From positions 2,647 through 64,757 of the forward strand of contig CAZQCK010000002.1 of NCBI GenBank assembly GCA_964591925.1: a DNA stretch of 62,111 nt, in the 5' to 3' direction. The position numbers and the translations under genes are program-made. This DNA comes from an uncultured Desulfobacterales bacterium (lineage in GTDB: Bacteria > Desulfobacterota > DSM-4660 > Desulfatiglandales > HGW-15). Positions within the stretch are counted from its first letter, which is position 1. Every line of letters starts with the position of its first letter. Positions 18,888-28,516 of the stretch are shown here, one piece after another. The notes under the pieces are model-generated. The model made no database searches. It saw only the letters and a program-made list of their open reading frames with translations, and was not told the origin of the DNA.

Positions 18888-19045
18888 ATAAATCCCTTTG
18901 TTTCCATCTACACAAGTTGAATGGTCCTGATAAGGAGTACGGCCATGCCGCCGGCGGTTGAGCGCTTATTGAGCATATCTTTGCCAAACCCCCGATCTTC
19001 TGCTACGCTAAACAAAATCACCATCTCCGTCAAGGAATAATCCCA

Positions 19046-19423
19046 GTGAAACGCCTGAGATCCGTTGAAAAAAAAGAGTCTTCATCCGGGCCTCATGAGC
19101 AGGAGGGCCGGACCGGCAGGGATCTCACGCCGCTCAGCGAGATCCTTCAATCCCTGTTCAACGATCCCTCCCTTCCGCTCAACCCGGAAGACCACCTCAT
19201 CTGGCAGGTGTGGGACGGCGTGGTCGGGCCGGCCGTCGCCCGCAATGCAAGGCCGTCCTGGATTCACAACAAACGCCTTCGCGTACGGGTCTCCGGTCCC
19301 ATCTGGCTTCAGGAGCTCGAGTTCGTAGCTGAGACCATCCGCCACCGGCTGAACGAGGCCCTGGGGAGGCAGGCTGTGGAGCGGATCGACTTTCGCCTGG
19401 GCGATCCCAGCGCACCGGTGTGA
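19046..19423 (+). CDS. DUF721 (DciA-like) domain protein
   Basis: 125 aa. The pattern W..VVGP.VA..ARP......L.V.V....W..EL.F....I...LN is typical of DUF721. GTG start. Confidence 0.55.
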   Translation: MKRLRSVEKKESSSGPHEQEGRTGRDLTPLSEILQSLFNDPSLPLNPEDHLIWQVWDGVVGPAVARNARPSWIHNKRLRVRVSGPIWLQELEFVAETIRHRLNEALGRQAVERIDFRLGDPSAPV

Positions 19424-19427
19424 GGGG

Positions 19428-20147
19428 TTAGGGCAGCGAGTACCTCCCCTGGTCCGGAATCGGGGGAAGGACCTTCACCCCCGGCCTGCCCTCACAAACT
19501 GCCTCCACCAGCACCAGCTTGGCCTCGAATTTGAGATCCGAGTGGACGAACTGAAGGCGTTTCGGCTCCAGGCCGACGCCCCGCATGTTGGCGAGGAGGT
19601 CTGTCAGGCGCTCGGACGGATAGATCATGGCCATTCGCCCCTTGCCTCGCAGGAGCAGCCGTGCGGACCGAAGGATATCGTCCAGGGAAGTCAGTATCTC
19701 GTGGCGCGCGATCGCCCGTTCCCGGTCCGGATTGATCCTGCCGCTCTTTGCTCTCCTGTAGGGCGGATTGCACACCGCCACATGAAAGATCCCGTTTCGA
19801 AAAGGCGGGCGGCGAAGGTCTCCTCTCACCACCAGCATCTTGTGTTCGAGCCGGTTGAGCCTGGCATTCCGTACGGCTTGAACCGCCAATTCCTTTTGGA
19901 TTTCCAGCCCCGTCACCTTGGAAACCGCCCGGGAGCAGAGCATCAGGAGGGGAATAATTCCACAGCCCGTGCCCAGGTCTACGACCCGGTCCCCTTTTCT
20001 GGTGCTCACAAAATCCGCAAGCAGCAAGGCGTCCACGGAAAACCGGTATCCCTTGCCGGACTGAATGACCTGCAAGCGTCCGTCCAGAAATGAATCCACT
20101 CGCTCGCCGGCGTCTGTGCCGGAGTTATGGGGTGTGGATGCGCTCAT
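19428..20147 (-). CDS. tRNA1(Val) (adenine37-N6)-methyltransferase-like SAM methyltransferase
   Basis: 239 aa (GYRFSVDALLLADF, VVDLGTGCGIIPL, NPPY box in VCNPPYRR). Confidence 0.75.
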   Translation of the reverse strand: MSASTPHNSGTDAGERVDSFLDGRLQVIQSGKGYRFSVDALLLADFVSTRKGDRVVDLGTGCGIIPLLMLCSRAVSKVTGLEIQKELAVQAVRNARLNRLEHKMLVVRGDLRRPPFRNGIFHVAVCNPPYRRAKSGRINPDRERAIARHEILTSLDDILRSARLLLRGKGRMAMIYPSERLTDLLANMRGVGLEPKRLQFVHSDLKFEAKLVLVEAVCEGRPGVKVLPPIPDQGRYSLP

Positions 20148-21480
20148 GGGGGTCCATTCGGTTGAACACGAGACCGCTGAGCACCTTGGGGAAAAAATAG
20201 GTGGACTTTCGAGGCATCACCAGGCGGTTCGCAGCGACTTCCCGAACGTGATCAATTCTGGTTGGGTTTAGTAAGAATCCCATGTCACAATCACCGGCGG
20301 CCACCGATTGGAGGGCCCGCCTCATGTCACTTTCATAAAGAAACCGATCCTCATTGTCCAGCCATTCCACAGAATACCCCAGGGAACGCTGAAAAACCAG
20401 GCGGGAGAGGACCAAAACGTCCAGCTTTCGAAGGCAGGGGTGCAGGTCCTCCCCCATTTCCTGTTCCGCCCCCGGCCGCAGCCGCAGCAAAAGGCCCTTA
20501 TCCCTTTCGTGATGAAAATGGCCCATGGCCACGGTATCGCGCCCGGCCTTTTCGATCCTTTCCCGAATCTCGGATTCGTGTGCCGGGGCCTTTGAAAGAG
20601 GCCAAGGAAGGGTGGACACCTCGAACCAGCGATCCAGCCCCTCGGGAAAGTCCGTCTTGGGCTCGTCCCCGAAGCGGCGAATAAGACGATGGGCCGGCAG
20701 CACGGTCAGTCCGGGATCCGCCATGCTGCTGAGATACATCATGGTAAACTCATAAGAGCGGTTGCTCGAACGGTGCCCGTGTCTGGCCCTCATGAGGTTC
20801 CGGTAATTCCTGGCGGTCTCATAGCGGTGGTGACCGTCGGCAATGAGCAGGGTCTTGTCCTGCATGGCGGCCGCGGTTTTGGAAAACACCGTCTGATCTC
20901 GAACGACCCACATTCGATGAGAGGTTCCGTCTGCAAGATCAAAGGCTACATCCGGGGGGGGACCGAGTGCCTCGCGAAAACACTGAAGCACCTCATTGCG
21001 AGGATCCTCGTACAGGGCGAAAATCTGGCTGAACTGCGCACTCGTGGCCCGCATCAGGCGAAGGCGGTCGTCTTTGTGGGCGGAAAACGTCCTCTCGTGG
21101 GGAAGGATCATAGAAGAGTCCTCGTCCTCGATGCGTACGAGCGCAATCACCCCCCACCGGGTCTTGGGCCCTGATCCGTCCCCCGGATCATAGGTCATGG
21201 AGGTGACATACATGGCCGGAGCAGCGGATCGAACCAGCACATCGTTTTCAATCCAACGCTTCCAGGTCTCCGCCGTCCGTGTATACCGGTTATCCCAGTC
21301 CGAATCGCCGGTCTTCTTTTTGCCCAGGATCAGTCGAATCACGTTGTAGGGGGAGGACTCATAAAGGGCGTCCTGCGCCTCGGGTGAGATCACATCGTAA
21401 GGGGGGGCCACCAGGGAAGCCGGATCCCCCAGTCGATCCAGGTTATACATCCATCCATGAAACGGTGCGGTTTCAGTCAT
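20125..21480 (-). CDS. DUF1015 domain protein
   Basis: 451 aa. The N-terminal region (LVAPPYDVISPEAQDALYESSPYNVIRLILGK) and the ADGHHRYETA motif are typical of DUF1015. Confidence 0.8.
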   Translation of the reverse strand: MTETAPFHGWMYNLDRLGDPASLVAPPYDVISPEAQDALYESSPYNVIRLILGKKKTGDSDWDNRYTRTAETWKRWIENDVLVRSAAPAMYVTSMTYDPGDGSGPKTRWGVIALVRIEDEDSSMILPHERTFSAHKDDRLRLMRATSAQFSQIFALYEDPRNEVLQCFREALGPPPDVAFDLADGTSHRMWVVRDQTVFSKTAAAMQDKTLLIADGHHRYETARNYRNLMRARHGHRSSNRSYEFTMMYLSSMADPGLTVLPAHRLIRRFGDEPKTDFPEGLDRWFEVSTLPWPLSKAPAHESEIRERIEKAGRDTVAMGHFHHERDKGLLLRLRPGAEQEMGEDLHPCLRKLDVLVLSRLVFQRSLGYSVEWLDNEDRFLYESDMRRALQSVAAGDCDMGFLLNPTRIDHVREVAANRLVMPRKSTYFFPKVLSGLVFNRMDPHERIHTP

Positions 21481-21632
21481 AGGTCCATATCTCGAATCAG
21501 GTGTTTAGGACGGCTCGTCGCAGGAAACGCCGGTCAAACGAATTCCTCAAAGACGGCAAGCTTCGAGTGTGAATGCTGAAAGGTCGATTTACCTACCAGA
21601 TTCACCGCGCATGTCAACCGATTTTGATTTCC

Positions 21633-21660
21633 TTGACGTAAATCCCTGAACTCCTATAAT
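21633..21660 (+). promoter_or_regulatory. sigma-70-type promoter candidate for mtaD
   Basis: TTGACG (21633-21638), a 16-nt spacer, then TATAAT (21655-21660). It lies ~140 nt upstream of the preferred mtaD start. Confidence 0.45.
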
Positions 21661-21802
21661 GCCCCTACGATTACGCGTACCGACGCCGACCAGCCCGCAC
21701 GCGCCCAGGCCCGAAGGGTCACGGAAAGCCCCGGCCCCGGCGGTGGAGCACGGCCGGCATTCGGGCCGGGTCCTGAACGTATACCCTCTTTGCGAGGCGT
21801 GC

Positions 21803-23146
21803 ATGCCTGCAATCAGTCCTCCCCAGTACCATGAGGAAGACTCCCCGGACCTCATCGTCAGAGGCGGCTTGGTGCTGACATTGGCCCCAGGCCGGAAGCC
21901 GGTCAGCGACGGCGTGGTACGCATTCGTGACGGCCGCATCCTTTCCGTGGATTCGCAGGACGTGACGCTTCCCCATGTGGAAACCGTAGACGCCCGAAAC
22001 GCAATGGTGCTGCCCGGCCTCGTCAACGCCCACGGACACACGGCCATGACCCTGTTTCGGGGTTTTGCCGACGATATTCCCCTGGCTGAATGGCTCTACG
22101 ATCACATCTTCCCGGCGGAAGCCCGCTTTCTCGATCGGGAAACGGTCTACTGGGGAACCTTGCTGGGATGTCTGGAAATGATTGCTTCCGGCACCACCTG
22201 TCTGATGGACGGATACTTTTTTCAGGACGCCACAATGGAGGCCATGGACCGGTCCGGGCTTCGCGCTCTGATCGCGCAGGGAGTCATCGATTTTCCGGCC
22301 CCAGGCATTCACAGACCCGAGGACAACCTCTCGGTGGGTCGTGAGTTTCTGGAGCGCTGGAGAGGCTGTTCCGATCGCATCAGGCCGGGCTTGTTCTGCC
22401 ACAGCCCCTCCACCTGCTCTGAGAGAACCCTGCTGGGAGCCATGGAGCTCTCCCGCGAGTTCGGCAGCCCCCTTCAGACCCACTTGAGCGAGAGTATAGG
22501 TGAGGTGGACGACCTGGTCCGGCGAACCGGATTGAGGCCTGTGTTGTACCTGGATCGCATCGGGGTTTTGAGCGAGGAACTCATCGCCGCCCACGGCGTT
22601 CATCTCGACGACGAAGAAATCGCCCTTCTGGCCCAACGAGGCGTGGGCATCGCCCATGTACCCGAGAGCAACATGAAGCTGGCTTCAGGCGCAGCCGGGG
22701 TACAGCATTTTCTGGATGCCGGAATCCGCGTGGGTCTGGGCACGGACGGTTGCGCCGGCAACAACAACCTGGACCTGTTTCAAGAAATGGACACTGCGGC
22801 CAAATTGAGCAAAGTGTACGACCGGGACCCGACCCACGTGAGTGCGGAGACCGCCCTTCGAATGGCCACTTCCGGAGGGGCGGCGCTCATGGGGCTCGAG
22901 GGGGAAATAGGGACACTGGAAGCGGGAAAACGGGCGGATTTAATCGTCATCGACACGGATAGGCCTCACCTTCAACCATTGTACAATCCCGTGTCCGCGA
23001 TCGTCTACTCCGCGACCGGCGCTGATGTTCGCCACGTGGTGGTGGACGGCAAAGTGCTCATGAAGGATCGGCGTTTCACCACCCTCGACGCGCCCGAAAT
23101 CATGGAGCGCGTAAACACCATCGCCCGAAGCATTCAAGAGGGATGA
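21803..23146 (+). CDS. mtaD: 5-methylthioadenosine/S-adenosylhomocysteine deaminase-type amidohydrolase
   Basis: Amidohydrolase motifs (LPGLVNAHGHTAMT, HLSES, GTDGCAGNNNLD). I set the start at Met49 of the track ORF because the upstream 48 codons are Pro/Arg-rich and non-protein-like. Confidence 0.8.
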   Translation: MPAISPPQYHEEDSPDLIVRGGLVLTLAPGRKPVSDGVVRIRDGRILSVDSQDVTLPHVETVDARNAMVLPGLVNAHGHTAMTLFRGFADDIPLAEWLYDHIFPAEARFLDRETVYWGTLLGCLEMIASGTTCLMDGYFFQDATMEAMDRSGLRALIAQGVIDFPAPGIHRPEDNLSVGREFLERWRGCSDRIRPGLFCHSPSTCSERTLLGAMELSREFGSPLQTHLSESIGEVDDLVRRTGLRPVLYLDRIGVLSEELIAAHGVHLDDEEIALLAQRGVGIAHVPESNMKLASGAAGVQHFLDAGIRVGLGTDGCAGNNNLDLFQEMDTAAKLSKVYDRDPTHVSAETALRMATSGGAALMGLEGEIGTLEAGKRADLIVIDTDRPHLQPLYNPVSAIVYSATGADVRHVVVDGKVLMKDRRFTTLDAPEIMERVNTIARSIQEG

Positions 23147-23364
23147 GCGCTGGGACATTGCACGGCCCGGGCGGAAGGCTTCTGGGAACGAAAAGGGCCG
23201 CTTTCAGCCGAACAGATGCGATAAGGGATTGCGTTTCGAGAAGGAACTTGCTATAGACTCGCCCCTTTGTCGAAATATAACCTGGAACCCTCGAGCCTGA
23301 AAGTCCGCTCCGGTGACGCGTACCGGGCTTTCCGGCTCATGGAATCCAGTCGAGAGGTCTCTTT

Positions 23365-24735
23365 ATGAAGCAAAGCAGAAAAACCCTGCTCATCCTTTTC
23401 ACCCTGGTGATTTTCATCTTAATCGGCGTATTCACCTGGTTCATCCTGCACGTGTTCGAAGGGGAGAAACCCGAGCTCAGGATCCACCCTTTGCCGGAGT
23501 TCCTCAGTGAGGAACGCAGCTTTGCACTGGAGGCCCAGGATGGGAAACGGGGCCTGCGGTCCCTTCGGATCAGCATCCTTCAATCCGGCCGGAAGATCCC
23601 CGTGATCGAGAGGAACTTTCCCTATCAGGGCCTCTTCAACAGCGACGGCGTCCACCGGCACCAGGAGACCTTCGAGATCGATCCCAGCGCCCTCAACCTG
23701 GCGCAAGGACGGGCCGAGCTCCAGGCGGAGGTGTTCGATCATTCGAGACGCGGGGGAGGGGACGGCAATCAGACCCTGTTCACCCACAGCCTCATAGTAG
23801 ACACCACGGCCCCTTCGATCCGTGCATTGACGCGGCTCCACTACATCAATCAGGGGGGAGCCTGCCTGGTGATCTACCAGGCCTCCTCTGACACGGAGAA
23901 AAGCGGCGTGCTCGTGGACAACCTGGTTTTTCCCGGCTACCCCGCCCGGGAGACCGATTCCCCCGGCACATACCTCTGCTACTTCGCTGTCCCACACGAC
24001 ATGGATGTAAAGAGCCCTATTCGGCTGTGGGCCGAAGACCGTGCCGGGAACCAGGCCCATACCTCTTTCTATCACCGGGTTCGCGCGAAACGCTTTCAAC
24101 AGGATCGAATGAACATCACCGATGGTTTTCTGGATCGCATCCTGCCCTATTTTGCATTTTATTCCCTCTCCAAGGAAGATTCGCCTGTTGAACAATATCT
24201 CAAAATCAACAACGACCTTCGCCGCCGGAACCACGAGACCCTGGAAGAGCTTCAAGACTCCTCCGCATCCAGGCGGCTCTGGGAAGGCACGTGGATGAGG
24301 CTGCCCAATGCGGCGACCATGGCCCGATTCGGGGACCATCGCACCTATTACTACCAGGGAGAGCCCATCGATGAAAAGGACCACATGGGCGTGGACCTCG
24401 CATCGCTTGCCAACTCCCCGGTCCCGGCGGCGAATCATGGACGGGTGGTCTACGCGAAGAGGCTGGGGATCTACGGGAAGACCGTGGTACTGGATCACGG
24501 GGAGCGACTGATGTCTCTCTACGGCCACCTTAGTGACATTCAAGTGACCGAGGGCCAGGAGGTGAAGCGGGGTGAGGTGCTAGGGACCACCGGGAGCACA
24601 GGCCTGGCCGGAGGGGATCATCTGCATTTCAGTATCATGGTGAACGGCATCCCGGTGAATCCCGTGGAGTGGTGGGACGCCCACTGGATTCAGGACAACA
24701 TTTCGAAAAAACGTTCGATTATTACTGAACCTTAG
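23365..24735 (+). CDS. M23 family metallopeptidase
   Basis: 456 aa with an N-terminal TM helix and a C-terminal LytM domain (HMGVDLA...GKTVVLDHG...LYGHLS...GSTGLAGGDHLHFSI). Confidence 0.85.
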   Translation: MKQSRKTLLILFTLVIFILIGVFTWFILHVFEGEKPELRIHPLPEFLSEERSFALEAQDGKRGLRSLRISILQSGRKIPVIERNFPYQGLFNSDGVHRHQETFEIDPSALNLAQGRAELQAEVFDHSRRGGGDGNQTLFTHSLIVDTTAPSIRALTRLHYINQGGACLVIYQASSDTEKSGVLVDNLVFPGYPARETDSPGTYLCYFAVPHDMDVKSPIRLWAEDRAGNQAHTSFYHRVRAKRFQQDRMNITDGFLDRILPYFAFYSLSKEDSPVEQYLKINNDLRRRNHETLEELQDSSASRRLWEGTWMRLPNAATMARFGDHRTYYYQGEPIDEKDHMGVDLASLANSPVPAANHGRVVYAKRLGIYGKTVVLDHGERLMSLYGHLSDIQVTEGQEVKRGEVLGTTGSTGLAGGDHLHFSIMVNGIPVNPVEWWDAHWIQDNISKKRSIITEP

Positions 24736-24782
24736 CGGGCCGGTTCCATCCTCTCCTCATGATCGCGGTGTAACGGGAAAGG

Positions 24783-25307
24783 GTGAACCGCCTGCCGAGA
24801 GGGCACTGGATCATGGTTAATGAGCACCTGCCTCCACATACTCCGCCGGCTCCCCCCACTGACAAACAGGTGGCGATCCGGGAAATCATCTTCCAGATCC
24901 GCCGTTTGATGCAGGCCGGATCGCTCTATTCCAAGGAGCTGAGCAAAAAGCACCAGGTCAGCTCCGCGCAGCTCAACTGCCTGCTGGCTCTGTATGAAAA
25001 CGGACCCCTCTCCTCCTCCCAAATCGCCCGCTATATCTTTGTCAAACCCAGCACGGTCACCGGGATCATCGACCGGCTCGAGCAAAAAGGCCTGGCCAAA
25101 AGGACGCGACAATCCACCGATCGCCGCGTCATAACCATCGAGCTCACCGAATCCGGAGAACGACTGTCTGAAAACGCACCCCCGCCCATTCAGCAAAAGA
25201 TCATGGACGGTCTGAGCCGCCTTTCCGCGGAGGAAGCGAAAAGCATCCACCACGGCCTGCAAACCCTTACGCAAATGCTGGATGTACACGACCTGGAAGT
25301 CGAATAG
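24783..25307 (+). CDS. MarR family transcriptional regulator
   Basis: Winged-HTH pattern (SSAQLNCLLALYENGPLSSSQIARYIFVKPSTVTGIIDRLEQKGLAKRTRQSTDRRV). GTG at 24783, or ATG at 24813. Confidence 0.85.
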   Translation: MNRLPRGHWIMVNEHLPPHTPPAPPTDKQVAIREIIFQIRRLMQAGSLYSKELSKKHQVSSAQLNCLLALYENGPLSSSQIARYIFVKPSTVTGIIDRLEQKGLAKRTRQSTDRRVITIELTESGERLSENAPPPIQQKIMDGLSRLSAEEAKSIHHGLQTLTQMLDVHDLEVE

Positions 25308-25338
25308 CCGCTCTCCACCTGGTTCCGCAAAAATCCCC

Positions 25339-25367
25339 TTGACGGATATTTCAAAATGCGGTATATA
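25339..25367 (+). promoter_or_regulatory. sigma-70-type promoter candidate for the MttB-like/AsnB-like unit
   Basis: TTGACG (25339-25344), a 17-nt spacer, then TATATA (25362-25367). It lies in the AT-richer gap after the MarR gene. Confidence 0.5.
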
Positions 25368-25378
25368 TTTTCAGTTCA

Positions 25379-25399
25379 AATGATTTCTATTGAATCATT
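25379..25399. promoter_or_regulatory. inverted repeat, candidate MarR operator
   Basis: AATGATT-tctattg-AATCATT, perfect 7-bp arms, starting 12 nt downstream of the -10 hexamer. Confidence 0.3.
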
Positions 25400-25555
25400 A
25401 ATGGCCGAAAAACACGCGTCCCGCAGGCCTGCCCACAGCCGAGCCACGACCCGGTATTGGGCATCGGGGCGACATCCTTAATCCGCTCTCCCGTGCATCG
25501 GCGATGTTCCAAACAGATACCCGGGGAGGCACGGGCACCCAAAGGAGTCAGCATC

Positions 25556-26770
25556 GTGAATCAAACACAAATAGCACAATCTGAAAGCGTGTTCGGCAAG
25601 GAAACCGTAGAAATGCTTCTGCAGGTCCACAAGGACGCCCTGTGGATTCTGGAAAACATAGGCGTAGGTTGTAAGCAGCCGGAAATGCTGCAAGCATTTC
25701 AAGAACAGGAAGCCGAGGGCCTGGCCTATGTGTGGGAAGACAGAATCTTCGTCACCAACGACCTCGTGGAAAAATGTCTTCAGACCGTGCCCAAGGTGGA
25801 CGACTTCTTTGTTCCGAAGAGCAGCTATTTCATCGGAGGGACTGCGCCGTATATTTACGACGACGAGGCCGGTGAAGGGGGCGTCTTCCCCAAGCCGGAG
25901 CACGCAGAGAGGATCGCGAGGATCGCCGAGGAGAATGACATAGTGCACGGCATGGGGCGGGGAATCAAACTCAAGGATGAAGTCGAACAAATGAACATCA
26001 TGGTGGACAACTGCAGTAAGCCCATGTACTTCGCAGTTACTTCGGACCGTGCGCTCGAGCGGGCCATGGAGATCTACGAGACCAAAAAGGACATCATGAT
26101 CGTCTTTTGCCTCACCCGCTCACCCCTGGAGGTGAATGAAAACTTTTCCGAGCATTTTTACAAGGTGGCCAAGGCCGGTCTGCCCGTGTTTGACTCGGCC
26201 ATGCCCATGGCCGGCATCAGTGCGCCTTACTGCTACAACGGTGTCCTGGCCATGACCCATGCGGAGGTCCTCTTCGGGCTCTGCACGACCCAGCTCGTTA
26301 ATCCCGGCGTACCCTTCATTCATGCCGGGTTTCCGACCATCGCCGATCCGAGCATAGAATACAACCCGAACTACGGCCTGGTCAGCCACTTTCTTCTGAA
26401 CCTCTTCATGACCCACCTGAACCTAATGCTGGATCTTCCCTCCTGCCAGAGCTGCGGCACCACGCACGAGGAACACCCGACGGAGAAGGCCTATCAGGAC
26501 TGCCGGAATGGTCAGGCCATGTGCGAGAAGTACGGATTTCACATGATCCGGCACCCGTTCTCGTTCCTGCGATACCTGATCGACTTTTCCTTCGAAAAGC
26601 TGGAAAAGGGCATGCGCATCGCCGAGGAGATCTCTCCCGATGACGCCCCGGAGGTGGTAATGCCCGCCTATGACGAGCGGGGCATGGAGTCCATCAAGAA
26701 CATCGGTCTCGGCATGTACATGGAGGACCCGCTCACCACGGCCAATCTGGGCAAGGTATTCGTCGAATAG
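25556..26770 (+). CDS. MttB-superfamily (trimethylamine methyltransferase family) protein, short non-Pyl paralog 1
   Basis: The N-terminal pattern VHKDALWILENIGV...LVEKCLQTVPK and the central MPMAGISAPY...THAEVL resemble the non-pyrrolysine MttB family. I prefer the GTG start at 25556 (aaaggag RBS 7 nt upstream), giving 404 aa. The track ORF begins at 25457. Confidence 0.7.
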   Translation: MNQTQIAQSESVFGKETVEMLLQVHKDALWILENIGVGCKQPEMLQAFQEQEAEGLAYVWEDRIFVTNDLVEKCLQTVPKVDDFFVPKSSYFIGGTAPYIYDDEAGEGGVFPKPEHAERIARIAEENDIVHGMGRGIKLKDEVEQMNIMVDNCSKPMYFAVTSDRALERAMEIYETKKDIMIVFCLTRSPLEVNENFSEHFYKVAKAGLPVFDSAMPMAGISAPYCYNGVLAMTHAEVLFGLCTTQLVNPGVPFIHAGFPTIADPSIEYNPNYGLVSHFLLNLFMTHLNLMLDLPSCQSCGTTHEEHPTEKAYQDCRNGQAMCEKYGFHMIRHPFSFLRYLIDFSFEKLEKGMRIAEEISPDDAPEVVMPAYDERGMESIKNIGLGMYMEDPLTTANLGKVFVE

Positions 26771-26855
26771 CCTATTCTCCCGTAGCGAGGGCCCATCCAT
26801 ATAGAGACGAAGCGCTTTTTGCAAATTCTTAAAACTTTTTCAAAGGAGTCAAACC

Positions 26856-28340
26856 ATGGCAAGCATCGCGGGAATCATCTCGCAACACGGACGAATGGAG
26901 GAAGACAGCACAAAGAGCCTGAGGAAGATGCTCCGGCTCATGCGCCACAGAGGGCAGGACAACAGCATCATCCGCACCCTGTTCGACGAGCGGGGTGCCG
27001 TCGGCGCCAATGAGACCAACCTCACGCCCAGGAGAACCTACGGCACATCCCTGGAGGAAAGGCCTTACATACTGTTCGACGGCGAACTCTGCAACGAAAG
27101 GGCAGAGGGACAGGGCGACATCGACGTCTTTACGGATCTGTATGAAAAATACGAGCGGGACGCCTTTTCCCGCCTGGACGGAATCTTCTCCTGCGCCCTG
27201 GTGGAAAAGGACGAAGAGGTGATCCTGGCGAGGGATCACGTGGGATCCCGGCCCCTGTTCTACGGCTGGAACAACCACACCTTTTACTTCAGTACGGAGA
27301 TGAAAGGCCTTGTGGATCACGTCCAGTTCGACATTCACGAGCTGGAGCCCGGGCATATCTACAGCTCCAAGAAGGGGCTGAAACCGTTCGACGCCTTTCA
27401 GCCGGAGCTTCCGGACATAGGAGAGGACGTCAACGAGTGCGCCAGGAATCTACGTGAAATCATGATCGAAGCGGTGCGCAAACGGCTGGACGGTGTGGGT
27501 GCCATATCTCTGAGCGGGGGGCTGGACAGCTCTATCGTGGCGGCCATCGCCAAGGAGTTCAACCCGCACATCCTCCTGTTCACGGGAACCCTGGAAAAGT
27601 CCCCCGGTCCCGACCTGGAAAACGCCAAGGTCATGGCCGAGTTTCTGGGAATGGAGCATCACATCTACAAGATCACGGAGAAGGACATCGTCAACTTCAT
27701 ACCCGACGCCGTGTGGTACCTGGAGAGCTTTGACGAGGACTGCATCAACGGCGTCATCTCCAACTACTACGTGTCCAAAATGGTGAAGCAGCACACCAAC
27801 AGCGTGATGGTGGGCGAGGGGGCGGACGAACTCTTCGGGGGTTATCGCATGGTCCTCAAGAATCCCAAGGTAAAGAGCGACGAGCAGAGGGAACGCCTCG
27901 CACGCAAGCTGGTGGAAATCGCCTATAACACTGCGCTCAGGCGTCTGGACCGTGCGTGGATGGCCAACGGCGTGGATTACCAGACACCCTTTCTGGATTC
28001 CAAGGTCGTGGCCTTCAGTAAGCTGATCCCCATGTCGTGGAAGATTTACGGGGAGAATCAGATTGAAAAGTACGTCCTGAGGGAAGCGTTCCGGGACATG
28101 CTGCCCGAGCAAATCGCCAACAGGGAAAAGCTGCGCTTCTCCATGGGGGTGGGCATGGACGACATCATGGACGAGATCGTATCCTCCATCATCGACCCGG
28201 ACGAGATCAAAAACCGGCCCAAGGCCGCCTACGGCATGCCGTTCGCCTCCTTCAAAGAGCTTTACTATTATGACCTGTTTCTGCAACAATTTCCGCCCTC
28301 CTATGAGGGGCAAACCGTTCGGTGGGACCCGTTCAAGTAG
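26856..28340 (+). CDS. asparagine synthetase B-like amidotransferase lacking the N-terminal Cys nucleophile
   Basis: 494 aa with an Ntn-type N-domain and a PP-loop ATP pyrophosphatase domain (AISLSGGLDSSIVAA). The N-terminus is MASIAGI where the family has MCGIAGI. An aaaggag RBS lies 7 nt upstream. Confidence 0.85.
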   Translation: MASIAGIISQHGRMEEDSTKSLRKMLRLMRHRGQDNSIIRTLFDERGAVGANETNLTPRRTYGTSLEERPYILFDGELCNERAEGQGDIDVFTDLYEKYERDAFSRLDGIFSCALVEKDEEVILARDHVGSRPLFYGWNNHTFYFSTEMKGLVDHVQFDIHELEPGHIYSSKKGLKPFDAFQPELPDIGEDVNECARNLREIMIEAVRKRLDGVGAISLSGGLDSSIVAAIAKEFNPHILLFTGTLEKSPGPDLENAKVMAEFLGMEHHIYKITEKDIVNFIPDAVWYLESFDEDCINGVISNYYVSKMVKQHTNSVMVGEGADELFGGYRMVLKNPKVKSDEQRERLARKLVEIAYNTALRRLDRAWMANGVDYQTPFLDSKVVAFSKLIPMSWKIYGENQIEKYVLREAFRDMLPEQIANREKLRFSMGVGMDDIMDEIVSSIIDPDEIKNRPKAAYGMPFASFKELYYYDLFLQQFPPSYEGQTVRWDPFK

Positions 28341-28358
28341 GGGTATACACCGGCGTGC

Positions 28359-28386
28359 GGGGGCCTTGACGGCCCCCTGTATTTTC
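28359..28386 (+). terminator. stem-loop after the asnB-like gene (weak intrinsic terminator candidate)
   Basis: gggggcc-ttgac-ggccccc followed by tgtatttt. The T-tract is interrupted and merges into the adjacent palindromic repeat. Confidence 0.3.
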
Positions 28387-28484
28387 TCGCCAAGACGGCA
28401 AGACGCTAAGAAAAAAACCTCTTGATATCAATTAGTTCACTTTGCGTCTTGGGCGCGAAATTATTATTTTTTACCAGTCCATCA
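28383..28484. repeat. palindromic long-hairpin repeat element, copy inside the cluster
   Basis: ttctcgccaagacggcaagacgctaagaaaaaaacctcttgatatcaattagttcactttgcgtcttgggcgcgaaatt...ttttttaccagtccatca. It is collinear with the copies at 46336 and 58236. Confidence 0.7.
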
Positions 28485-28516
28485 GGCATAGATTATAACA
28501 TAAGGAGGACCCTCAC

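Noticed and set aside
28471-28503. TTACCA-17 nt-TATAAC promoter-like pair formed partly by the end of the palindromic repeat upstream of the flavoprotein gene
   Set aside because: A start site 7 nt after this -10 would fall inside the aaggagg RBS and leave no usable leader. I did not call it.
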